The position numbers and the translations under genes were made by a program. A model generated the notes under the pieces. That model did not search any database. It was given only the letters and a program-made list of their open reading frames with translations, and was not told the DNA's origin. Shown here piece by piece: positions 1 through 9,601 of a stretch of DNA of 64,000 nt. Where the stretch lies: assembly GCA_043801595.1 (NCBI GenBank), contig JAZDLW010000028.1, positions 1,336 through 65,335 on the forward strand, read 5' to 3'. The stretch's first letter is position 1; each line of letters begins with the position of its first letter. The DNA comes from Candidatus Aenigmatarchaeota archaeon (GTDB taxonomy: Archaea > Aenigmatarchaeota > Aenigmatarchaeia > JACPZZ01).

Positions 1-2
1 TA

Positions 3-927
3 CGTTCGCTAACCAATGCAATCGACCTGACAGATTCAATAGCAAGAATTTCCTCGTTCACAAGAAGTTTAACCAATTCATTCAGCCTAACAGATGCAGT
101 AACAAACACATTCTCAGGGGTGTTTAAAAGGATATCGACAGCCGAGATATCAGTAACAAGTTCCATTAACAATATCCATGCCAGAGTAAGATTAATTACC
201 AATTCAATAAGCCTAGCGGACTCAATAACCCGTGTATTCTCCCCATTACGACAACTAACCAATACAATCGACTTGACAGAAGCCTCAACAAGAATCCTTT
301 CTCCATTAAGACAATTAACCAACTCACTCAGCCTAACAGGTTCAATCCAAAACATTTACACGCGTGTCAGACTGACAACCAATGCAATCGATCTCACAGA
401 AGCGTCAACCAGAATATCCGCTTCATTGCGCCAGCTGACCAACGCAATAGATCTCACAGAAGCCTCAACAAGAATATCCGCGTCATTGCGCAAGCTAACC
501 AATACAATCGATTTGACAGAATCTTCAACAAGGATATCCGCGTCATTACGAAAGCTAACCAATGCCATAGATTTGACAGAAGCCTCAACAAAAATCTTTT
601 CTACATTACGCCGGCTAACCAATTCCATCGGTCTGACAGATTCTATAACCCGCATAGTCACGTCATTAAAACAACTAACCAATCCATTCAGCCTGACAGA
701 TTCTATAACCCGCATCTTTTCCCCGTTACGACAGCTTACCAATTCCATTGACCTCACAGAAGCCTCAACAAGAATATCCGCGTCATTACGCACGCTAACA
801 AACTCATTTAGTGCAACGGATTCAATCCAAAACATCTACACGAGAGTAAGATTACTAACCAATGCAATAGATTTGACAGAAATCTCAACAAGAACATTTT
901 CCCCGTTAAGACAATTAACAAATTCTA
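3..927 (+). repeat. Coding tandem repeat block 1, 60-bp period (about 15 degenerate units)
   Basis: Successive 60-nt lines align, e.g. 421-480, 481-540 and 541-600 (...gctaaccaat...gatctcacagaagcctcaacaagaatatccg). Confidence 0.9.
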
Positions 928-3900
928 TGACTATCAATCATATAACCGGCCGTGCTGTGTTGTTCCCGAGACAGATTATCCAAAGTTTGGATATTACCCA
1001 AATGATGTCCAAATCATCGATATTAAACAGGATCGCATCGTTGTGGCTAATGGTAAAATCAGTTATTTTCTCTGACGTTATCAGAACACAGAACGTCTGG
1101 GTCGGACAATACGCAAACACGTCGATAAACATGATAGAAGACGTATCGACTATTGTTGTTGCGAATACCAGCATAAACACCGTGGTCGATCTGGAAATCA
1201 TGCTGAATTCAACCCAGACCGGCGCGCTGGCAATCACAGAATTCTCCTCGGTTTATAGCCAGACTGCAAGCGAGCAAGCGAGATTAGGAAAGTTCGTCAA
1301 CATCACAGCAGACTCGAACATAACGAATAATCTGCAATGGTATATACTTAACATATCTTACGCAAGCGCAGAGATTTCATCCGCATGGATTAAAGAATCA
1401 AGCCTGAGAATCTGGTTCTACAACACAACATCAGCAGGCTGGCAGGAAGAGAGCGGCGGCGTGGACACAACGAATAATCATGTGTGGGCTAACATCTCGC
1501 ATTTCAGCTTATTCGGAATATTTGGGGAGTCGTCTCAACGAGAAGTAACCAACGCCATCGGCCTGACAGACTCAATAACCAGAATCTTCTCCCCATTAAG
1601 GCTATCAACAAACGCCATAGAGTTATCCGAATCAGTCACATCCACTTACACTCGATTAAAACTGGCAACCCAGCAATTCAGTATAACAGACTCAATCCAA
1701 TCCATCTATACTAGGGTAAGATTACTTACCAATTCCATCGGCCTGACAGATTCTGTAACCCGCATACTCACGTCATTAAAACAACTAACCAACTCATTAA
1801 GGCTGACAGACTCAATAACCAGAATATCCGCTTCATTACGGCAACTAACCGATGCCATAGACCTGACAGAAGCTTCAACAAGAATATCCGCGTCATTACG
1901 AAAGTTAACCAATGCAATCGATCTCACAGAAGCCTCAACAAGGATATCCGCGTCATTGCGCAAGCTAACAAATGCAATCGATCTAACAGATTCAATCACC
2001 AGAATCTTCTCTTCATTACGGCAATTAACTAATTCACTCAGCCTGACAGACATATCAACCAAAATCTCTCCAACAACTGTTATCAACAGGATATCTACGC
2101 TCACAATATCGTTAACAGAGAATGTAAAGAATATCGTTGTCAGAGTATTGGCAAGAAGCGTAACAAATTCGATGACTATCGATCAGATAACCGGCCGCGT
2201 CATTTCGTTCCCAAGACAAATTACACAGGCTTTTGACATCACGCAAATGATATCCGGCTCGTCGATGCTAAACAGGATCGCATCATTGCAGCTGATCATC
2301 AAAGCAATCATTTCACCGGTATTTAATACGGTTAGCGTAACGTTCACAATACCCACGCCGGTTGTTGCACAAAACGAAATTGTGGAATTTGACACCAATG
2401 TGCAGAACACAGGAACCTCAACGTTGAATGTAAGCACGGGCACAGAGGTCTATAATTCTTCCGGAATTCTGGTTAAAACAGTAAATTCGACAAATGTTAC
2501 AATCGTAAAAGGCGAGTCTAAGACCATTGTAACATTCCTGAACACAATTAACATGAACGCTGGCAATTACAGGGCGGAAGGAAGGGTCTTGTTTGACAAC
2601 AGGGCAACAATAAACATTACAAAATTCTTCAATATAAGTTCGGATGCAAACATACAAATCGGGGATTACACAAACACATCGATAAATATAACAGAGAATG
2701 TGCGCACGCTGATAGTTGCGAATACGAGCACGAATACTATAACTAACATAGAAATCGTGTTGAACTCATCCCAAGAGGGTGCGATTGCAGCTGCGGAGTT
2801 CTCTTCTGTTAAGAATGAAACTGTCAGTGGGCAGGAAAAGTTAGGAAAGTTCATCAGCATTACAGCAAGCCCAAATATAACAAACAACCTTAAATGGTAC
2901 TCGTTGAATATCTCTTACACAGACGCCGAAGTTTCGGCAGCGGGGGTTGCGGAATCAAGCCTGAGAATCTGGTTCTACAACATAACCACAGCAATCTGGC
3001 AGCAGGAGAACAGCACAGTAGACACATCCGCCAATTATGTATGGACGAATCTCACGCATTTCAGCTTATACGGAATATACGGCCAGTCGTCTGCGCCAGC
3101 AGGCGTTGTAGCAGGCGTTGCAACAGGCGGCGGAGGCGGTGGGGGCGGCGGCGGAGGCGGAGCGGCTTCGTATCCAAGCGCAAAACCATTGCCAGCAGTT
3201 GTTGTTGAATTTGTCAAATTGCCTGTGCTCAGGGAAGTGATACAGAGCCAAAGCATAGTTGAAAGTATAAAAGTCAAAAATAAAGGCTCAGACACACTGG
3301 AGAATTTACATGTTGAAATCTCAGGCGTGCCCGCGGGCTGGGTTTATGCAACCCCGCGTTCAATGAGCCTGTCATCAGAAGAGGTTAAAGCGTTTAACTT
3401 GATTATAACTGTGCCCAAAGATGCGATTAACGGCGATTACAAGCTGTTGGTTACATTAAAGAACGCGGAGGTGGAAGATTCGATGTTCATGGTCATCAGG
3501 GTAAAGAGCTATTCAATCACTTACGATAAGCCGATAATAACAAGAATCGTCCAGCTTGACTATGAGACAAACAAGACAAAAATCAGCCTTGATATAAACA
3601 ACGCTGCAAAACGATACAGCCTGATACAAGTCCAAGAAGAAATACCCAAAGTGATTGCGCAGTCTGCCAATGACATTGAATTCTACCCGTATCCTGACAG
3701 TATACTCAGGGCAGATCCGCTGGTTCAGTGGGATTTAGCTGACTTGAAGGTCGGCGAAAACAGAACATTATACTATATGATAAAAGGAATCCTGGACGAA
3801 TTTACGCCCTACATCTACCTGCCGTTAAAAGAGCTCACTATAGTTGAAAATAAGCTGCCCACAGGCCTGCATCTTGTGAATTTAGGCATACAGCCGTTGT

Positions 3901-4301
3901 TTGCAGGAAAATCCGGCATAGGCACGTTCACTGTTGAAAATACAATCAATGACGCAAAGAAACTGAAGTTTGTAATGTATGTGCCGTCCGGCTGGAAAAT
4001 GGAACCGGAAAAAATAGAAGCGACGCTCCTGCCAAAAGGAAAGAAAGAGTTTAAGTTCTCCATAACTGCGCCTGAAGGAACGCCGCCCGGAGATTACATA
4101 GGCACGGCAATTATTAATTGGGAAGAGGAAACGCACATAAAAGAAATCGTGCTTCATGTGGAAACCGTTGGATCATCCGTGATTTACATCTTTGCAATAG
4201 CCGTGGCTGCGGTAATAATCTACCTGGTTTACAGGCATTACAAAAGGAAAAGGCCGTTTGCCTACAAGTTCAGGTTGTTAGGGGAGCAAATAAGACAATA
4301 G
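3..4301 (+). CDS. Giant membrane-anchored surface protein, 5'-partial: 20-aa Thr/Ser/Leu repeats, two PGF-pre-PGF-like domains, CARDB/NEW3-like Ig domains, poly-Gly linker, C-terminal TM
   Basis: The frame is already open from base 3 (RSLTNAIDLTDSIAR...), so the gene starts upstream of the window. Repeat unit RISASLRQLTNAIDLTEAST. Duplicated domain ending ESSLRIWFYN...W...VDT..N.VW.N..HFSL.GI.G. C-terminal IYIFAIAVAAVIIYLVY followed by a basic tail. Confidence 0.9.
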   Translation, partial: RSLTNAIDLTDSIARISSFTRSLTNSFSLTDAVTNTFSGVFKRISTAEISVTSSINNIHARVRLITNSISLADSITRVFSPLRQLTNTIDLTEASTRILSPLRQLTNSLSLTGSIQNIYTRVRLTTNAIDLTEASTRISASLRQLTNAIDLTEASTRISASLRKLTNTIDLTESSTRISASLRKLTNAIDLTEASTKIFSTLRRLTNSIGLTDSITRIVTSLKQLTNPFSLTDSITRIFSPLRQLTNSIDLTEASTRISASLRTLTNSFSATDSIQNIYTRVRLLTNAIDLTEISTRTFSPLRQLTNSMTINHITGRAVLFPRQIIQSLDITQMMSKSSILNRIASLWLMVKSVIFSDVIRTQNVWVGQYANTSINMIEDVSTIVVANTSINTVVDLEIMLNSTQTGALAITEFSSVYSQTASEQARLGKFVNITADSNITNNLQWYILNISYASAEISSAWIKESSLRIWFYNTTSAGWQEESGGVDTTNNHVWANISHFSLFGIFGESSQREVTNAIGLTDSITRIFSPLRLSTNAIELSESVTSTYTRLKLATQQFSITDSIQSIYTRVRLLTNSIGLTDSVTRILTSLKQLTNSLRLTDSITRISASLRQLTDAIDLTEASTRISASLRKLTNAIDLTEASTRISASLRKLTNAIDLTDSITRIFSSLRQLTNSLSLTDISTKISPTTVINRISTLTISLTENVKNIVVRVLARSVTNSMTIDQITGRVISFPRQITQAFDITQMISGSSMLNRIASLQLIIKAIISPVFNTVSVTFTIPTPVVAQNEIVEFDTNVQNTGTSTLNVSTGTEVYNSSGILVKTVNSTNVTIVKGESKTIVTFLNTINMNAGNYRAEGRVLFDNRATINITKFFNISSDANIQIGDYTNTSINITENVRTLIVANTSTNTITNIEIVLNSSQEGAIAAAEFSSVKNETVSGQEKLGKFISITASPNITNNLKWYSLNISYTDAEVSAAGVAESSLRIWFYNITTAIWQQENSTVDTSANYVWTNLTHFSLYGIYGQSSAPAGVVAGVATGGGGGGGGGGGGAASYPSAKPLPAVVVEFVKLPVLREVIQSQSIVESIKVKNKGSDTLENLHVEISGVPAGWVYATPRSMSLSSEEVKAFNLIITVPKDAINGDYKLLVTLKNAEVEDSMFMVIRVKSYSITYDKPIITRIVQLDYETNKTKISLDINNAAKRYSLIQVQEEIPKVIAQSANDIEFYPYPDSILRADPLVQWDLADLKVGENRTLYYMIKGILDEFTPYIYLPLKELTIVENKLPTGLHLVNLGIQPLFAGKSGIGTFTVENTINDAKKLKFVMYVPSGWKMEPEKIEATLLPKGKKEFKFSITAPEGTPPGDYIGTAIINWEEETHIKEIVLHVETVGSSVIYIFAIAVAAVIIYLVYRHYKRKRPFAYKFRLLGEQIRQ
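1543..2060 (+). repeat. Coding tandem repeat block 2, 60-bp period (about 8-9 units)
   Basis: Same unit as block 1, e.g. lines 1861-1920 and 1921-1980. Confidence 0.88.
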
Positions 4302-4309
4302 TGATAATT

Positions 4310-5572
4310 ATGCCAAAGCAAAAAATGATTATGCGATCCGTGTTTGCGGTGCTATTATTCGTATTCATATTAATCCCTTCGGCATCGGCCAAAGCGGACG
4401 GGCGTATTTACCAGCTTGCCTATTCACCAACAGAGCCAGCGGTCTTAGAGGACATTAAAATCTCAGTGGGCGTGGAAAATCCGAGCGATAAAACCCAGAA
4501 TTATTTCATGCAGGTGCAAGTTGTCAAGGACGGCAAGCCTGTTCATGAGCAGGTTTTTGCGTTCTCCGTAGCAAAGGGCAAACAAACACAATTCACATTG
4601 TTATACCCGCCCGAGGCCATAGGCGAACACCAAGTGGTTGCAAGGTTGTACGATAATTTAAAAATTAATTTAATCAGCACGGAGATAATCACATTCAATG
4701 CAGTGAGCTATCTAGGACCGTTTGACATTATTATCGAGCCTTTGACAAGCAGGTTAAGGCCTGACCTGCGCTTGCCTGCAAAGCTTATACTGGAAAATAT
4801 GGGCGCTAAAGGAACTGACGTAGAGGTCAGGATATCCGTTGATTGTGAAAATCCCATAACCCAAAGCCTAACAACGTTTGTGCCCAGCCATGCCAAAATA
4901 GAGAAGCTGATCACTAGCCCGGTCTGTGAAAATGAAGGGCTGCATGAAATCTCAGCCGAGATTTTAATCTTTAACAGGACATGGGTGTCTTCCACCAGCC
5001 AGTTTGTTGTGAATTCTTCGTTTGTGCAGCTGCAGTTTGAGGTTCCTGAAAATATAACACTGCAGCCCGGCCAGAGTTTTACATTCCCGATAGAGGTAAC
5101 GAATGTGGGAAACCAGAAAATAAGCGATTTAAAGTTTGTAATCGAGAGAATTCCGCTTGACTGGCAAAAAACCACACCAACTTCCTTGAAGGGCGTAGAG
5201 TCTAACGAAACCGCAATTTTTCTGGTTAACATAACCGTGCCTGTCGACGCACAAGCGGATTCCTATGAGATCAGGATGACAGTGACCGCTTACGAAACAA
5301 TCGAGAAAAAGAACTCTGTTCTGAATGTGGTAAATTTGGCAGCTTATCCGGAAACACAGACAACCGTACAGCCTGTGACTAAGTCCTTGGTATCAGTAGC
5401 AATTTACCTGCTGCTTGCTGCTATCGTGCTGGTCGTGGCTGCGCTGTTGAAAAAACACCTCAATCAGCGTTCGGCATTAAAAACAAAAAGGTATTCGTAT
5501 CCGATCGAGAAGCTAAGAGAGCAGATCAACCATAAAACATCCAAGCCGAACAAAAATTTCAGAAGGAAATAG
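4310..5572 (+). CDS. Exported, C-terminally anchored Ig-like (CARDB/NEW3-type) surface protein
   Basis: ATG at 4310, just after the upstream stop. Signal peptide (VFAVLLFVFILIPSASA). Repeated V.N.G.../VTNVGN...W...P motifs. C-terminal TM plus basic tail. Confidence 0.75.
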   Translation: MPKQKMIMRSVFAVLLFVFILIPSASAKADGRIYQLAYSPTEPAVLEDIKISVGVENPSDKTQNYFMQVQVVKDGKPVHEQVFAFSVAKGKQTQFTLLYPPEAIGEHQVVARLYDNLKINLISTEIITFNAVSYLGPFDIIIEPLTSRLRPDLRLPAKLILENMGAKGTDVEVRISVDCENPITQSLTTFVPSHAKIEKLITSPVCENEGLHEISAEILIFNRTWVSSTSQFVVNSSFVQLQFEVPENITLQPGQSFTFPIEVTNVGNQKISDLKFVIERIPLDWQKTTPTSLKGVESNETAIFLVNITVPVDAQADSYEIRMTVTAYETIEKKNSVLNVVNLAAYPETQTTVQPVTKSLVSVAIYLLLAAIVLVVAALLKKHLNQRSALKTKRYSYPIEKLREQINHKTSKPNKNFRRK

Positions 5573-5577
5573 TTCGT

Positions 5578-6087
5578 ATGCGGGCGATTCCAATGAGGCT
5601 TTCGGATTTTCTTAAAAAATTGAACAAATTGGAAAAATCCTACATAATCCTGTTCGCGCTTTCCTTATTGGCGGGCATCCTTTACGGTTTGTTGGACAAA
5701 GATTATTTCAAATGCTGCGAGAATGTAATTGGCGTTCCGCAGGAAGGTACGAGCACATTGAAAATTTTCACAGGCAATTATCTCCTGTCTTTAACAGAGT
5801 TATTCACTGCAGGTTTATCCAGCCTTTATTTCAACTTCCACACATTTTCCGTAACTTCAAGCTATCTGAGTTCAAGGCAGGAGCTGTTTGCATTGCCGGT
5901 TGTCTTTTTCATCGGTGTTTTCGAACTGGCCGGAGGCTTATTTTTGGCGCTTACAGGGCTCATTTTTGCTGAAAAATTGCTAAAAATAAAATCTAAACTA
6001 AAACCAAAGGAACTGTTTCTCTATGGCACAGCATTGATTTTCTTCGGCGCTGTCGTGGAATACCTGCTGTTATCAATGGTTGTTTAG
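5578..6087 (+). CDS. Multi-pass membrane protein, SpoIIM-like
   Basis: 4-5 hydrophobic helices; IFTGNYLL...FN...GVFELAG pattern resembles the SpoIIM family. Confidence 0.5.
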   Translation: MRAIPMRLSDFLKKLNKLEKSYIILFALSLLAGILYGLLDKDYFKCCENVIGVPQEGTSTLKIFTGNYLLSLTELFTAGLSSLYFNFHTFSVTSSYLSSRQELFALPVVFFIGVFELAGGLFLALTGLIFAEKLLKIKSKLKPKELFLYGTALIFFGAVVEYLLLSMVV

Positions 6088-6094
6088 TCGGTTG

Positions 6095-6114
6095 GTACTA
6101 CTTTTTGGTAGTAC
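6095..6114. terminator. Hairpin GTACTAC-TTTTTG-GTAGTAC after the surface-protein operon
   Basis: Perfect 7-bp inverted repeat 8 nt after the stop at 6087. Confidence 0.35.
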
Positions 6115-6217
6115 GATAATTTACATTACCGTCAGCCGATGGATCATTGGTTTTTACCGGCAAATACCCATTCAGCAATCTTAAAAATACAAAAACCAAT
6201 AGCTAAGCAGTGTTGTA

Positions 6218-6721
6218 ATGAAATTAGAGAAATTTTTGTTAATACCGTTGGTTCTTGTCATTCTTACATGGGGCTATCTTTTTTTCGTGGACCAATTGGT
6301 CGCTGGCCGCATATCCGCCATTGATTCGAGCAATTCCCAGAAGACAGCCGGGGCAGAGATTATCGGTGTAGGAACTGCAATATCTGTGCAGGTCACAAGG
6401 CCTTATATTTTTGGATTATTGCGGTTGCCCGTCTATGCGCCTGTGGTCGGCGACATATCACCGATGCATAGCTTGTTTTTCTTGCTGCTGGTTGCGATAG
6501 CAGTTTTATTAACTGTGATATTGATTATTATAGAAAGGCGGAGTACGAATATGGTAAAAACTCAATTCCCAGGATTGGGCTCAAACTCAAACATTTGGGT
6601 CAGGCTCGGAAAGGCTCTGGGCATAGGCGTATTGTTTGCGTTTGTAGCGTTTATAATTTCCGGCGATGGAGCCAGCCTGCCACTAGGCTTGCTGGTCGCA
6701 TATTTGGAATACAGAAAATAA
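6218..6721 (+). CDS. Hypothetical membrane protein (3-4 TM)
   Basis: 167-aa ORF with several hydrophobic segments; no recognised motif. Confidence 0.65.
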   Translation: MKLEKFLLIPLVLVILTWGYLFFVDQLVAGRISAIDSSNSQKTAGAEIIGVGTAISVQVTRPYIFGLLRLPVYAPVVGDISPMHSLFFLLLVAIAVLLTVILIIIERRSTNMVKTQFPGLGSNSNIWVRLGKALGIGVLFAFVAFIISGDGASLPLGLLVAYLEYRK

Positions 6722-6901
6722 GCGCAATCCCAAATTCACATTATCATCTTGTGTTTGTTTAATCAATATAGGCACTCTAATATGGTTGAGCATGTTTGTT
6801 ACGTTCAAACCCGTTCTTTCGTTCTTGCGCATCAATGTCTTACTGGAATGCATCGATAGAAAACTATATAAGGAATAAAAATAAAATCATTATAGAATTA
6901 C

Positions 6902-7465
6902 ATGAAAAATAATCAGGTATTTGCGTTATCGATTTTGGTCGTTTCTGGAATTGTTTTTGGCTACTTGGTCACTACTATATCATCTGTGCCGATTGTGGCT
7001 TCTTTGGATAATAGCGGCCAGTCGATAAGTTATACAGGAGTCGTATGCGTTTACGTAAACGGCAAAGAACTGCAATGCCATCATAATCTGTTCACAAACA
7101 TGGGAAAGAACATTGTAAAAGATTTGCTGATCTCGGCTGACGGGCTTGCAAATGTCACCTATCTGGGCATTTCTAACACAACAGTAACACAAGCTGCGAG
7201 TGGGACAGATGTAGTCCTACAAGGCGAGTATGCTAGTTGCGGTTTCGCACGAACATCGGCACTTTACAATACTAATACTATTTCAGTAGGAAACTGGACG
7301 GTGATGAAAGAATTCACCTCAACCTGCGACAATATGCCGATAAACGGAACAGGACTATATAACTCTTCTGCAGGAAGCTTCCTGTTTGCGGAGAACACGT
7401 TCACAACAGCGACCCTGCAAACAAACGACAAAATAAACATTACATGGTTTATCTGGGTAGTCTAA
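6902..7465 (+). CDS. Exported protein with a phage tail/structural-protein-like domain
   Basis: N-terminal hydrophobic signal or anchor, then HNLFTNMGKN...D..L.GE...R...F...I...GLYN...LFA...F......D.I.ITW.I, a pattern I recall from phage tail-collar-like structural proteins. Confidence 0.6.
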   Translation: MKNNQVFALSILVVSGIVFGYLVTTISSVPIVASLDNSGQSISYTGVVCVYVNGKELQCHHNLFTNMGKNIVKDLLISADGLANVTYLGISNTTVTQAASGTDVVLQGEYASCGFARTSALYNTNTISVGNWTVMKEFTSTCDNMPINGTGLYNSSAGSFLFAENTFTTATLQTNDKINITWFIWVV

Positions 7466-7636
7466 GCTTTTTTTAGTTTTTGTTTGTCCTGCCAAATCGA
7501 CGATAATTGTTGTTACAAAAATACTTAATAATTTATTTTTGTCAGTTTGGCCTTTCAGCCGTATCAGGGATTTCTTTATTCAGCAATAATAACCTTTATT
7601 ACAAGGCCAGAATAAAAACTAATTGAGGCTTTATAA

Positions 7637-8629
7637 TTGTCGATTGTGGGCGTATTTTCTGCGAAAGGAGGTGTCGGAAAGACGACGCTAACAGCCAATT
7701 TAGGCGCGTCTTTGGTTTCAGAATTCAATAAAACGGTGTGCCTTATAGACGGAAATGTGACCGCAGCCAATTTGGGCCTGTATTATGGATTATACTATTC
7801 ACCAGTAACTTTATACGATGTTTTAAACAGCCGGACTCCGATTAACACAGCAATTTACATACATCCCAGCGGCGTGCGAATATTACCAAGTCCGATATCG
7901 GTGAACAAGCTGGACATTTCTGTTAAAGGCCTCAGCAAACATCTTTGCAAACTTGAAGGCTACGATCACATTATTGTAGATTCGCCGCCCAGCCTGACTC
8001 GGCAGACCATAGAATGCTTAAACCTTGTGGAGCAAGCGCTTTTGGTTGCAACGCCTGATGCACCTGCTGTAACCGATGCGGCCAAAATGGCGATTCACGC
8101 AGAAAAAAATGGCGTGGAAATTTTAGGTTTGGTTATAAACCGCGTAAGAAATAGGAGTTACGAATTGACAATTGATGAAATACAATCCATAGCAGGAATT
8201 GATGTTATAGGAATGATACCGGAACACGAAAACGTCCAGCGTAGTCTCGCAGACGGCAAGCCAGAAGTTTTAAAAAATCCCTATTCTGACTTTTCCACAG
8301 AGGTGAACAAGATAGCATCGGCAGTGTTCGGGCTTGAATATAACCCACCTTCGGTGCTGGATAAAATAAAATTTTGGGTCGGCATGGGGCACAGCCAAGG
8401 CAGCAGAACGGAAGATTTTGAGAAGCAGAAGAGCAAGAAAGCATTTGTACCAAAACGCGTTTACAGGATACCCATCAGGCCAGAAGCGAAGACCAAACGA
8501 TACGAGTCCGACTCTACAACAGAAGATACTTATGGAATGGAAGACCAATTGAAAACGGAAATAATGGGCATGTTGCGCGACAGCATACGCGAAAAACTGA
8601 GGGAAAGCACGAGGAGGAATGACAAATGA
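7637..8629 (+). CDS. minD: MinD/ParA-family ATPase with C-terminal extension
   Basis: Deviant Walker A KGGVGKTT, then IDGN and IIVDSPP. TTG start preceded by GAGG. Confidence 0.85.
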   Translation: MSIVGVFSAKGGVGKTTLTANLGASLVSEFNKTVCLIDGNVTAANLGLYYGLYYSPVTLYDVLNSRTPINTAIYIHPSGVRILPSPISVNKLDISVKGLSKHLCKLEGYDHIIVDSPPSLTRQTIECLNLVEQALLVATPDAPAVTDAAKMAIHAEKNGVEILGLVINRVRNRSYELTIDEIQSIAGIDVIGMIPEHENVQRSLADGKPEVLKNPYSDFSTEVNKIASAVFGLEYNPPSVLDKIKFWVGMGHSQGSRTEDFEKQKSKKAFVPKRVYRIPIRPEAKTKRYESDSTTEDTYGMEDQLKTEIMGMLRDSIREKLRESTRRNDK

Positions 8630-9015
8630 AAGGCGTTCGCGACAAGCAGATGAGCAGGGTTGTCGATAAAATAGCGGACGAGGTTGTCGAACTCGCCTCC
8701 AATTCAGGCAAGATCGCGGACATACTGATCGAGACGGAGCAAAACAAGGATACGATACAACGTGTTACTGATGAAAACAAGGCGCTCCGCGAGAGGATCA
8801 TAAAACTGGAGAAAAGGCTTGACGGGCAGATCGGGAACATGAAAATCGACGTAACCGAGATCGACCGCGCCATATCGGAGAAGTGGCACCAGTTCGAGGA
8901 TGAAAGAAATGAGGATGTCATGAACCTGATAAACCAGATACAAAGCCTGCGCGATAATCTTATAAAAACCAGAATGGAGCTGAAAAGGCTGGCGGAAATC
9001 AGGATGCTTAGGTAA
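8626..9015 (+). CDS. Coiled-coil protein translationally coupled to MinD
   Basis: ATGA overlap with the minD stop; charged heptad-rich sequence. Confidence 0.75.
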   Translation: MKGVRDKQMSRVVDKIADEVVELASNSGKIADILIETEQNKDTIQRVTDENKALRERIIKLEKRLDGQIGNMKIDVTEIDRAISEKWHQFEDERNEDVMNLINQIQSLRDNLIKTRMELKRLAEIRMLR

Positions 9016-9107
9016 AAGCGCGGCAGCAGCCTGCAACAGCGGCGACGTTTTCCGGAATGACACATAGATATTAAAGCATGAAATTCAATGATCTTAGAGG
9101 TGTTTGA

Positions 9108-9139
9108 TAAGCCTTTTATTAAAAGGCTTAAGCGAAAAC
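9108..9139. repeat. Dispersed palindrome family A copy: TAAGCCTTTT-ATT-AAAAGGCTTA + AGCGAAAAC
   Basis: Perfect 10-bp inverted repeat; similar units at 26913, 32729, 53000 and 44390. Confidence 0.75.
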
Positions 9140-9160
9140 GCATTAACGGAGTGATTGATG

Positions 9161-9574
9161 ATGAAAATTGTAATTTCGGAACCGTCCACAAGAAAGGCTT
9201 ACCAGATTGAGATCGATGCTGCGAAAAGCGCTGCGTTGATAGGCAAAAAAATAAGCGAGGAATTTAACGGCGATCTGGTCGGGTTAAACGGTTATACACT
9301 TAAGATTACGGGAGGGTCTGACAACGGCGGTTTTCCAATGAGACCGGAATTGCCGGGCAGCTCGCGAAGAGCATCCCTGTTAAAAGGCGCGCCCGGATTC
9401 CATCCAAAGTGGAAAGGGCAGCAGAAAAGAAAGCTCGTGTGTAGCAATACGATATCGCAGTCAATTTCGCAGGTAAACGTAAAAGTCATCAAAGCGGGCG
9501 AGAAGAAACTCGAAGAGATCGTTCCGCCTAAGCCAAAAGCTGAAAAGACCGAAGAGAAGAAACCGGCGAAATAA
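9161..9574 (+). CDS. rps6e: 30S ribosomal protein S6e
   Basis: MKIVISEP...LKITGGSDNGGFPMRP...RK.V..N.I...ISQVN; GGAGTGA ribosome-binding site upstream. Confidence 0.97.
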   Translation: MKIVISEPSTRKAYQIEIDAAKSAALIGKKISEEFNGDLVGLNGYTLKITGGSDNGGFPMRPELPGSSRRASLLKGAPGFHPKWKGQQKRKLVCSNTISQSISQVNVKVIKAGEKKLEEIVPPKPKAEKTEEKKPAK

Positions 9575-9601
9575 GCCGGTTGGCGGAGTGAATACTATTA
9601 G

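Noticed and set aside
3-2060. 60-bp tandem repeats as a possible CRISPR array
   Set aside because: The units are contiguous and degenerate, have no unique spacers, and keep one open frame with mostly codon-level variation, so they are coding repeats.
4118-4309. ORF-track start at 4118 for the second surface protein
   Set aside because: It overlaps the upstream gene by about 180 bp and gives an implausible N-terminus. The ATG at 4310-4331 precedes a proper signal peptide.
6795-6820. GTTCAAACCC resembling a tRNA T-loop
   Set aside because: No T-stem, acceptor stem or D arm can be built around it.
6902-7465. Calling a prophage from the phage-like structural domain
   Set aside because: No integrase, terminase, portal or capsid gene is in the window, and the protein has an export signal.
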